From Anaerohalosphaeraceae bacterium (GTDB lineage: Bacteria; Planctomycetota; Phycisphaerae; Sedimentisphaerales; Anaerohalosphaeraceae): a stretch of DNA of 64,000 nucleotides. The notes beneath the pieces are model-generated. The model was not told the origin of the DNA. It did not search any database and saw nothing but the letters and a program-made list of their open reading frames with translations. This document shows, piece after piece, positions 20,034-28,268 of this stretch. Positions within the stretch are counted from its first letter, which is position 1. Every line of letters begins with the position of its first letter. The stretch is from positions 192,001-256,000 of the forward strand of contig CAXXSL010000001.1 of NCBI GenBank assembly GCA_963675525.2, written 5' to 3'. The translations under genes were made by a program, and so were the position numbers.

Positions 20034-20699
20034 ATGATGAAAAGGTTAATGGTGTTAGGAATGTGTGCTGTGTTGATGTTGGGTACATCCAGTTTCGCAG
20101 CAATTATCAATGACTTCGAAGGAGTCGCTGGTAATGCGGTTCACTGGGATGGTGACAATGGGGCGAGAAGCATTGACGACGCTACGGTAAACCCGTCGAT
20201 TTACAGCTATGACTCGGTCACGGGTGTTACGAGCGGTTCACAAAGCGTCCATGTGAATGTACCTAGCTGGGGCCAGACTTTGGGACTCAGACTGGATTAT
20301 GCACAACGGGTCGACTTTATGGCCAACTCGATCTTTTCGATCGATATTTCGGTTCCGGCTAACCATGTCAATGATGGAAGCGGTGGGTGGACTGAGATCT
20401 ATAACGTGACGCTGAACACCGAAGGTTACGGATGGCATGACCAGTTTACGGTTCCCGCCATGCAATTTGGATTTTGGGACAATTCCGGAGTGCAGACCCA
20501 AACACTGACGTTTGATTACAGCGCTGCGAAGGCATCCATGCCAGCGGTTCCTGGTTGGGTCGAGATAATCTTTGCGACAAACAGTGATGGTGTTCATAGC
20601 AATTTGTACTTTGACAATGCCCAAGTAATCGTTCCGGAACCGGCGACACTGTCGATTCTGGGTTTGGGTGCAATGGCATTACTGCGTCGTAAGAAATAA
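20034..20699 (+). CDS. PEP-CTERM protein with CBM-like domain
   Basis: Signal peptide and C-terminal VPEPATLSILGLGAMALLRRKK. The mature domain is paralogous to the N-domain of 18369-19904. Confidence 0.9.
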   Translation: MMKRLMVLGMCAVLMLGTSSFAAIINDFEGVAGNAVHWDGDNGARSIDDATVNPSIYSYDSVTGVTSGSQSVHVNVPSWGQTLGLRLDYAQRVDFMANSIFSIDISVPANHVNDGSGGWTEIYNVTLNTEGYGWHDQFTVPAMQFGFWDNSGVQTQTLTFDYSAAKASMPAVPGWVEIIFATNSDGVHSNLYFDNAQVIVPEPATLSILGLGAMALLRRKK

Positions 20700-20740
20700 G
20701 CGAACGATTCATTAAAAAGTGAGTATATGAGTCGTAAGAT

Positions 20741-20783
20741 CCTGTTACGGCGGCTCAAGTCCCTACGAGCCGCCGTAAACAGG
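20741..20783 (+). terminator. Strong stem-loop after the PEP-CTERM gene (attenuator or mRNA stabiliser)
   Basis: CCTGTTACGGCGGCTC...GAGCCGCCGTAAACAGG inverted repeat with no U-tract. Confidence 0.55.
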
Positions 20784-20852
20784 GGCGATATTGCCTGATT
20801 TCAGGTGTTTTTAAAGGTTTGTGTGGACAGGAAATCTCAGGAGTCGAAGATC

Positions 20853-21623
20853 ATGAAAAAATCGAAGGGTTTCACTTTAATTGAACTGCTGGTAGTCATT
20901 GCGATTATTGCACTCTTACTATCGATTATCCTGCCTTCATTGAAACGCGCCAAGGAGTCGGCACAGCGCATTGTCTGCAGAAACCATCTCAAAAATATCG
21001 GGCTTTCCAATGAGATTTATGCAACAGAGCATGATAACGCCTTTGTCCCAATCAATGATCCGAGTTTGCCTGTCGGTCACAGCCAGTGGGTTGTCAATGA
21101 TGCATTTCGGGATATTTTAAAGCTGAATGATAAACAGCAATCCGCGACGAGTAATTACGATACACCCGATGACTATCTTTGCCCAACGGACAGGATCAGT
21201 ACAGACAAAGCGAACGCTGGAGGTGGCGGCGTTCTGCTCAGTTATGCGTACAATCTGACCGATTGGGGATGGAATCATATGGCGTCGGGGAATTATACGG
21301 GCCACAAAACAAGTTCGCTCAAGGTTCCCGGTTCCAAACTGGCATTTTCGGATTCTGTTGACTGGTGGCTGGAATGGTCAGGTGCAGATTACCGATCGCC
21401 GGGATGGGATGACTTAGGACAGGATTCGCTGGATAATTACCAAGTTGCGGGCCGCTGGGGGCCGACAATTTACCGTCACAATGAGGGTGCCAATGTCCTT
21501 TACTATGATGCCCATTCTGAATACTTGAAGAAAGAAGAGATTTTCATTATCGACAACTTTGATGCAGGTCAACCGGGAATGTGGGCTGGGAATAAGGGCC
21601 TCTATGACCAATATCACCCCTAA
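20853..21623 (+). CDS. Prepilin-type N-terminal cleavage/methylation protein with H-X9-DG-like C-terminal motif (PVC pilin-like family)
   Basis: KG/FTLIELLVVIAIIALLLSIILPSL..AKE.A.R..C..HLK.IG, a central YLCPTD and a C-terminal RHNEGANVLYYDAH. Confidence 0.9.
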   Translation: MKKSKGFTLIELLVVIAIIALLLSIILPSLKRAKESAQRIVCRNHLKNIGLSNEIYATEHDNAFVPINDPSLPVGHSQWVVNDAFRDILKLNDKQQSATSNYDTPDDYLCPTDRISTDKANAGGGGVLLSYAYNLTDWGWNHMASGNYTGHKTSSLKVPGSKLAFSDSVDWWLEWSGADYRSPGWDDLGQDSLDNYQVAGRWGPTIYRHNEGANVLYYDAHSEYLKKEEIFIIDNFDAGQPGMWAGNKGLYDQYHP

Positions 21624-21875
21624 AACAAGACAGCAGCAGCAAGGATTTTATTAGTGTTCTTTCGAATGTGGTTCTGGTTGGTTGTTATATCTTTGGTTGC
21701 TGGATGGAATATTTCCCTGACATTTCTTTGGGCTCATGCAAACGTACCGTCTGAATTTAATTGCAGAAAGTGGGTTCGTATTTGATAACCGCATTTGGAG
21801 TAAAAGATTCGAAAACAATGACGATTGATTTTACCATCTTTTTTGTTATATTTATATGTAAAACGGGGCCAAAGA

Positions 21876-23978
21876 GTGTTCTTGAATAATCGATTACTTT
21901 GTCTAATTTGTATCTTTTTTGGGTTTTTGGTTGGTGTTCTTTGGGCTGAAGACGGCTATCGTTTATGGCTTCGCTACGAGCCGATCACCGATTCTGTACG
22001 TATTCAGGAATATAAGAATTCTATTAAACAAATCGTGCTGCCGGAGTCATTTCGAAGTGATGATGTCATAAAGAAAGAGCTTCAGAGAGGACTGTCAGGG
22101 CTTCTTGGAGTGACTGTTCCGTGTACGGACTCCATTACACAAAATGGGGCGTTGGTTATCGGGACGGCAGAAGACTCAGATGCGGTCCGCAAGTGTATCG
22201 ATGCTTCGACGTTAGAAGCGTGCGGTCCTGACGGATATGTGATTCGGTCTGTCCAATTCAACGACCGTTCGGTGACGATCATCGCAGGCAATACCCATTC
22301 GGGCTTGCTTTATGGAGTGTTTCATTTTTTGCGGTTGATGGAAACGACACAATCTCTTTGTGATTTATCGATTCAACAAAAGCCCGGAATACAAAATCGC
22401 TTGTTAAATCACTGGGATAATCTGGACGGAAGTGTTGAGCGAGGATACGCCGGTGAGTCTATTTGGGATTGGGAGACGTTGCCTGAGACAGTAAGTCCCC
22501 GTATCAAAGATTACGCCCGTGCGAATGCGTCGATTGGGATTAACGGGGTTGTGGTCAACAATGTGAACAGCCAGGCGGAGATCCTGACGGCCGATTATAT
22601 TCGTAAAGCGACGGCGATTGCCGATGTGCTGCGTCCGTACGGGATTCGCTTGTATTTCAGTATCAAATTTACCTCACCGCATGTGATTGGGGGGTTGGAG
22701 ACGTCTGACCCGCTGGATACGGAGGTTGTTGAGTGGTGGAAGAAAAAAGCGGCGGAGATTTATGCGGCGATTCCGGATTTTGGAGGCTTTTTGGTCAAGG
22801 CGTATTCGGAAGGTCAACCAGGGCCGCAGCAGTACGGCCGCAGTCATGCCGACGGGGCCAATTTGCTGGCTAAAGCATTGGCACCGCATGGGGGTGTGGT
22901 GATGTGGCGTTCGTTTGTGTATGATCTTACAATTGATTCGGACCGGACGAAGTGTGCCTATCTGGAGTTTGTTCCGCTGGACGGGAAGTTTGCATCGAAT
23001 GTGCTTATTCAAACCAAGAACGGGCCGATCGATTTTCAGCCGCGGGAGCCGTTTAACCCGCTGTTCGGGGCAATGAAAAAGACGCCGCTCATGATGGAGC
23101 TTCAGATCACGCAGGAATATACCGGACAGGCCAAGCATCTGGTGTATTTGGCGCCGCAGTGGAAAGAGGTGCTGGATGCGGATACCTATGCCAACGGGGC
23201 GGGTACGACTGTTGCGACAATTATCGATGGTTCGGCTCAGGGCCATTCCGTCAGTGGGATCGCCGGCGTTTCCGGAATCGGATCGGATCGCAACTGGACC
23301 GGACATCATTTTTCGCAGGCGAACTGGTATGCGTTCGGGCGGCTCGCCTGGGATGCGGATTTGTCGTCTGAGGCGATTGTCGAGGAGTGGATTCGGATGA
23401 CCTGGTCGAATGAGCCGGAGGTTGTGAAAGTCATTGCGGACATCATGGATGGTTCGTGGCAGTCGTGCATTGATTATATGACGCCGCTGGGGTTGCATCA
23501 TTTGATGGCCGAGGGGCATCATTACGGGCCCGGACCGGGGTATGTGCATCCGCAACGGCATGACTGGAGCTCGACCTATTATCATAAGGCTGATGCCGAG
23601 GGCATCGGGTTTGACCGCAGCAAAACGGGAACAAATGCGGTCAGTCAATATTATTCGCCTTTGAATGAGCGATTCAATAGCTTGGAGACCTGTCCCCAAG
23701 AGTATCTGTTGTGGTTTCATCATGTGTCATGGAGTCATCGCATGGCCTCCGGCGACTCGCTGTGGGACCAATTGCAGGCCCGTTACAGAGGCGGGGCCGA
23801 TGACGTGAAGAAGATGAAGGCGGCCTGGATTTCGCTGGCCGGTAAAGTGGATCAGGAGCGTTTTGAACATGTGAACCGGCGTTTGGAGATGCAGTTGACC
23901 AACGCCGAACAATGGCGGGATATCTGCCTTGCGTATTTCGGGCAGTTTGTTAAGGTCAACGAGGAATTCAATCATTAA
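21876..23978 (+). CDS. aguA: Alpha-glucuronidase GH67
   Basis: AEDGYRLWLRY, RLLNHWDNLDGSVERGYAG, YARANASIGING and KNGPIDFQPREP. Start is uncertain (GTG 21876 or TTG 21825). Confidence 0.93.
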   Translation: MFLNNRLLCLICIFFGFLVGVLWAEDGYRLWLRYEPITDSVRIQEYKNSIKQIVLPESFRSDDVIKKELQRGLSGLLGVTVPCTDSITQNGALVIGTAEDSDAVRKCIDASTLEACGPDGYVIRSVQFNDRSVTIIAGNTHSGLLYGVFHFLRLMETTQSLCDLSIQQKPGIQNRLLNHWDNLDGSVERGYAGESIWDWETLPETVSPRIKDYARANASIGINGVVVNNVNSQAEILTADYIRKATAIADVLRPYGIRLYFSIKFTSPHVIGGLETSDPLDTEVVEWWKKKAAEIYAAIPDFGGFLVKAYSEGQPGPQQYGRSHADGANLLAKALAPHGGVVMWRSFVYDLTIDSDRTKCAYLEFVPLDGKFASNVLIQTKNGPIDFQPREPFNPLFGAMKKTPLMMELQITQEYTGQAKHLVYLAPQWKEVLDADTYANGAGTTVATIIDGSAQGHSVSGIAGVSGIGSDRNWTGHHFSQANWYAFGRLAWDADLSSEAIVEEWIRMTWSNEPEVVKVIADIMDGSWQSCIDYMTPLGLHHLMAEGHHYGPGPGYVHPQRHDWSSTYYHKADAEGIGFDRSKTGTNAVSQYYSPLNERFNSLETCPQEYLLWFHHVSWSHRMASGDSLWDQLQARYRGGADDVKKMKAAWISLAGKVDQERFEHVNRRLEMQLTNAEQWRDICLAYFGQFVKVNEEFNH

Positions 23979-23991
23979 AAGGGATTTGCTC

Positions 23992-24066
23992 ATGCAGAAT
24001 GGAATACAAAAACTGTCAATTAAAGAAAGAATTGGTTATGAGCTGAGGGAGGGATACATAAAATGA
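23992..24066 (+). pseudogene. 24-codon ORF resembling the N-terminus of a second GPH transporter
   Basis: MQNGIQKLSIKERIGYELREGYIK* versus MSHYQHKLSFREKAGYSLGDG. It has its own RBS, and its stop overlaps the next ATG (ATGA). Confidence 0.6.
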
Positions 24067-25601
24067 GCCATTATCAACACAAATTGTCTTTTCGCGAAAA
24101 AGCAGGGTACAGTTTAGGTGATGGCGCCGCCAACCTGGTTTTCCAGGTACTGATGGCGTATCAGTTCATATTCTTCACGCAGATCATGGGGCTCAGCGCC
24201 AAGGCTGCGGGACTCTTATTCCTGATCGGCCGTTTCTTCGATGCCTTTACCGATCCGGCCATGGGTTTTGTTGCAGATCGTACCCACACAAAGTGGGGAC
24301 GCTTCCGCCCTTGGTTGGTTTGGTCGGCACTGCCCTTTGCTGGTATTTTCTGGCTGACCTTCACCAGTCCTGGATGGTCACCCACCGGACAGATGGTCTA
24401 TGCCTACATCATGTATTTTTTATTGATGGGGGTTTACACCATCAACAATGTGCCGTATTGCGCGTTGAATGGAGTGATGACCGGTGATGTGGATGAGCGT
24501 ACCAGTCTATCCACCTACCGGTTTGTTTGTGTGACAATCATTCAGTTCATTGTTCAGGGACTGACACTGCCATTGGTTGGAAAATTCGGTCAGGGAGACG
24601 ATGCCAAGGGATGGTCGATTACGATGGGAATTTTCGCAATTGTGACAATCTTCTTTTTCGTGATTTGCTTTTTTTCGGTAAAAGAACGGGTGACGCCCGA
24701 TCCTAAGCAGAAGTCTTCCGCCAGGCAGGACATGCTTGATACCTTTAGGAATCGTCCTTGGGTCATCCTTTTCAGTGCAACACTGATGATTTTCATCATG
24801 CTAGTGGTTCGTGGCGGATCGCTGCCCCTTTTTGTGGAGCACTTTGCCGACCGTGGGGCGCTGGGGGATTATATTGGGTCCCTGGGATTTCAGCGTGTCG
24901 ACGATGTTGCTCTGACCGGCTTCAGAAAAGTACTGGACGCCTTTGGTCTTCTGGTGGCGCCGGATAACTCAAATGTGCATAAAGTTGCGTATGGCGTATT
25001 CGGGATGTTGGGTACCTTTACCACCTTTTTGGGGGTACTCTGTTCCAAGCCCCTATCAAAGCTTATCGGCAAACGCATGGTTTTCGTTGTCTCGCTTATC
25101 GTGACGACGCTGGTGACCCTGTGGCTGTATTTCATACCTGCCACAAATATTCGTGCCATGTTGTGGCAAAGTGCTTTGTGGGGATTGGCGTATGGACCGA
25201 CCGTACCCTTGCTGTGGTCGATGATTGCTGACACTGCCGACTACTCTGAATGGAAGACAGGTCGTCGCGCGACCGGGTTTGCGTTTGCTGGTGTGGTCTT
25301 TGCCCTCAAATTTGGTTTGGGAGTCGGCGGCTATGTCCAAGGGGTGATTTTAGGCGCGTATGGTTATGACGGCAATGAAGGAGCGGTTTTAACCGAACGA
25401 GCTATCGATGGTATTCGTATTGCCTCAACGATTGCTCCGGCCGCTTTCATTTTTGCTGCCGTGGCGATCCTCCTGTTCTACCCGATTACCAAGAAATTGA
25501 ATTACCAAATTGGTGATGAGTTGGCCCAACGACGGCTTGAGCGTCGGAAGGGGCAAACTGAATTGAACGATTCACCGGATATGACGGAAGGCAATCGATG
25601 A
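24063..25601 (+). CDS. Glycoside-pentoside-hexuronide (GPH) MFS symporter, probable xyloside transporter
   Basis: EKAGYSLGD, DAFTDP.MG..ADRT.TKWGRFRPW and WSMIADTADYSEWKTGRR; about 12 TM helices. Confidence 0.92.
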   Translation: MSHYQHKLSFREKAGYSLGDGAANLVFQVLMAYQFIFFTQIMGLSAKAAGLLFLIGRFFDAFTDPAMGFVADRTHTKWGRFRPWLVWSALPFAGIFWLTFTSPGWSPTGQMVYAYIMYFLLMGVYTINNVPYCALNGVMTGDVDERTSLSTYRFVCVTIIQFIVQGLTLPLVGKFGQGDDAKGWSITMGIFAIVTIFFFVICFFSVKERVTPDPKQKSSARQDMLDTFRNRPWVILFSATLMIFIMLVVRGGSLPLFVEHFADRGALGDYIGSLGFQRVDDVALTGFRKVLDAFGLLVAPDNSNVHKVAYGVFGMLGTFTTFLGVLCSKPLSKLIGKRMVFVVSLIVTTLVTLWLYFIPATNIRAMLWQSALWGLAYGPTVPLLWSMIADTADYSEWKTGRRATGFAFAGVVFALKFGLGVGGYVQGVILGAYGYDGNEGAVLTERAIDGIRIASTIAPAAFIFAAVAILLFYPITKKLNYQIGDELAQRRLERRKGQTELNDSPDMTEGNR

Positions 25602-28255
25602 GATATTCAAAAATGATGGGTGTTTTATTATGTGTCTGGATTTTGAGTTGTTGCGCATGGAGTGTGGATGAACCGGTTGCATTAAAGGAAGTGTTTACTG
25701 AAGACTTTCTGATTGGAACAGCACTCAATACCGGTCAAGTGTTTAATGAGCTACCGGCTGAGACGATGCTGATAAAGACGCATTTCAACTCAATCACGCC
25801 GGAGAACCTGCTCAAGTGGGAAAAGGTACATCCGTCGCCGGGCCGCTACGATTTTGAGTCTGCCGATGCATTTGTCAATCTGGGTCAACAGCACAACATG
25901 TCTGTCATAGGCCACACGCTTGTCTGGCATAGTCAAACACCCGGCTGGGTATTTAAAGATGCCGAGGGCAAGCCACTGAGCCGGGATACGCTGCTGGCTC
26001 GGATGAAAGATCATATCTTCACTGTTGTGGGACGTTATAAAGGACACATTCACGGCTGGGATGTTGTGAATGAAGCGGTTGACGATGACGGGACTCTGCG
26101 GAAAACCAAGTGGCTGGAGATCATCGGTGACGATTATGTTGCCAAGGCGTTTGAGTATGTGCATGCGGCAGACCCGGATGCGGAACTGTATTATAATGAT
26201 TATGATATGTGGAAAAAAGACCATCGCGACGGCGTCGTGCGTCTGGTGAAGGATTTGCAGTCCCGAGGGCTGCGTGTGGACGGTATCGGTATGCAGGGGC
26301 ACTGGGGGTTGGATTATCCGCCGTTGAATGAGATCGCCGACAGCATCAATGCCTATGCGGCGCTGGGTGTGAAGGTAATGATAACGGAAATGGAAATCAC
26401 GGTGCTGCCGAGTCCCTGGAAAGATTGGGGTGCGGATATTACCAAGAGTTATAAATTGGAGAAAGAGCTGAATCCTTATCCGAACGGGCTGCCGGAAACG
26501 ATGCACGAAAAACTTGCCGCCCGCTACGCCGAGTTCTTCTCCCTGTTCCACAAACACGCAGATAAAATCAGCCGGGTGACCTTTTGGGGGGTGCAGGACG
26601 GCAACTCCTGGCGGAATAACTGGCCTGTGAGGGGACGTACGGATTATCCGCTGATATTTGATCGAAACTGTGAACCGAAGCGGGCGTTTGGCGCGGTGAT
26701 TGCGATTCCGCAGGCGGACGCTGGAACGCCGCCGCCGGTGAGCCGAACGTTTACGAATCCGGTCATTTCGGGTTTCCACCCGGACCCGAGTATTTGCCGG
26801 GTTGAGGATGACTACTACACGGTTCACAGCACGTTTGAGTATTTTCCCGGCGTTCCGATTTTTCACAGCCGGGATTTGGTGCATTGGCGGCAAATCGGGC
26901 ACTGCCTGACGCGAGAAAGTCAACTGCCTCTGGAAAAGATGCGGGCGTCGGGGGGGATTTTTGCGCCGACGCTGCGGTATCATGACGGGACGTTTTACAT
27001 GATCACCACGAATGTGTATGGCGGCGGGAATTTTTATGTGTCGGCCAATGATCCTGCAGGACCGTGGTCGGAACCGGTGTGGTTGGATAACCAAGGGATC
27101 GATCCGTCGCTGTTTTTTGATGATGACGGCAAGGTGTATTACACGCGGCATGTCGGCGGCGGGGACGGGTATATCGGGCAATGTGAGATTGATATCAAGA
27201 GCGGCAAGCTCAAGGGCCAGCTTCAGAATATCTGGGGCGGCACCGGCGGGGTGTGGGCCGAGGGGCCGCATTTGTATAAGATCAATGGAACATATTTCCT
27301 GATGATATCCGAAGGCGGGACCAGCTATGATCACATGGTGACGATTGCCCGCAGCGATTCGCCGTTTGGACCATTTGAATCGAATCCTGACAACCCGATT
27401 TTGACACATCGCAATCGTCCGGGGCATCCGATTCAGGCGCTTGGACATGCAGACCTGGTCGAATCATCTGACGGCTGGTGGATGGTCTGCCTGGGCATCC
27501 GGCCACAGGGCGGCAATTTACATCATCTCGGTCGTGAGACGTTTCTGACACCGGTCGTGTGGAATGATGATAACTGGCCGGTGGTCAACGGTAACGGCAC
27601 TCTGGAATTGGTGATGCCTGCGCCAAGTCTGGCCTCGCATCCTTTTAAAGAACGTCCCGCCAGAGATGACTTTGACAATGAAATATTGGATATGCAATGG
27701 AACTTCCTGCGAAATCCTTATGATGTCGATCACTCCCTTTCAGCACGCCCCGGCTATCTTCGCCTCCATGGTTCAGCCGTAACGCTCAATGATCAGGATT
27801 CACCGGCATTTGTCGGCCGCCGTCAAATGGATCTGACCTGTCGGATATCGGTAAAACTTGATTTTAAACCCGCCGCAGAGAACGAAGAAGCGGGTTTGGT
27901 ACTGCGCGGCAATGAAGGAAATCACTATGATATGGCAATTACGAAGAGGCAAGGTAAAAGAAAAGTTTTTTTACGAAAGATAATGTCATCAAAGACGGTC
28001 GAACCCGTTTTTTACGCAGATATTCCGGACGGAGATTTAATTTTACTTATAGAAGCATCTCCGTTAGAATACACCTTTTCGTGTCGCGGTGGCAACGGAT
28101 CGGAAATATCGCTGGGCAGTGCTTTCACACGGGACTTGTCGTCGGAGAAAATCGGCGGCTTCACAGGTGTCTATTGTGGCTTGTATGCCTCGGGAAATGG
28201 CAGCAAAAATAAAGCCCCTGCCGACTTTGATTGGTTTGATTATCTTGCTAAGTGA
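25598..28255 (+). CDS. Secreted GH10 endoxylanase - GH43 beta-xylosidase/arabinofuranosidase fusion
   Basis: GH10 motifs: TPEN..KW, GHTLVWHSQ, WDVVNEA, MQGH, ITEME. GH43 motifs: NPVISGFHPDPSI, IDPSLF, AEGPHLY, GHADLV, followed by a C-terminal beta-sandwich. Confidence 0.92.
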   Translation: MRYSKMMGVLLCVWILSCCAWSVDEPVALKEVFTEDFLIGTALNTGQVFNELPAETMLIKTHFNSITPENLLKWEKVHPSPGRYDFESADAFVNLGQQHNMSVIGHTLVWHSQTPGWVFKDAEGKPLSRDTLLARMKDHIFTVVGRYKGHIHGWDVVNEAVDDDGTLRKTKWLEIIGDDYVAKAFEYVHAADPDAELYYNDYDMWKKDHRDGVVRLVKDLQSRGLRVDGIGMQGHWGLDYPPLNEIADSINAYAALGVKVMITEMEITVLPSPWKDWGADITKSYKLEKELNPYPNGLPETMHEKLAARYAEFFSLFHKHADKISRVTFWGVQDGNSWRNNWPVRGRTDYPLIFDRNCEPKRAFGAVIAIPQADAGTPPPVSRTFTNPVISGFHPDPSICRVEDDYYTVHSTFEYFPGVPIFHSRDLVHWRQIGHCLTRESQLPLEKMRASGGIFAPTLRYHDGTFYMITTNVYGGGNFYVSANDPAGPWSEPVWLDNQGIDPSLFFDDDGKVYYTRHVGGGDGYIGQCEIDIKSGKLKGQLQNIWGGTGGVWAEGPHLYKINGTYFLMISEGGTSYDHMVTIARSDSPFGPFESNPDNPILTHRNRPGHPIQALGHADLVESSDGWWMVCLGIRPQGGNLHHLGRETFLTPVVWNDDNWPVVNGNGTLELVMPAPSLASHPFKERPARDDFDNEILDMQWNFLRNPYDVDHSLSARPGYLRLHGSAVTLNDQDSPAFVGRRQMDLTCRISVKLDFKPAAENEEAGLVLRGNEGNHYDMAITKRQGKRKVFLRKIMSSKTVEPVFYADIPDGDLILLIEASPLEYTFSCRGGNGSEISLGSAFTRDLSSEKIGGFTGVYCGLYASGNGSKNKAPADFDWFDYLAK

Positions 28256-28268
28256 TAAGGTTATTGTA

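Noticed and set aside
22674..23723. 349-aa minus-strand ORF
   Set aside because: Antisense shadow of GH67 with an Arg/Pro/His-rich non-coding composition.
25790..27448. 552-aa minus-strand ORF
   Set aside because: Antisense shadow of the GH10-GH43 gene, with no protein-like motifs.
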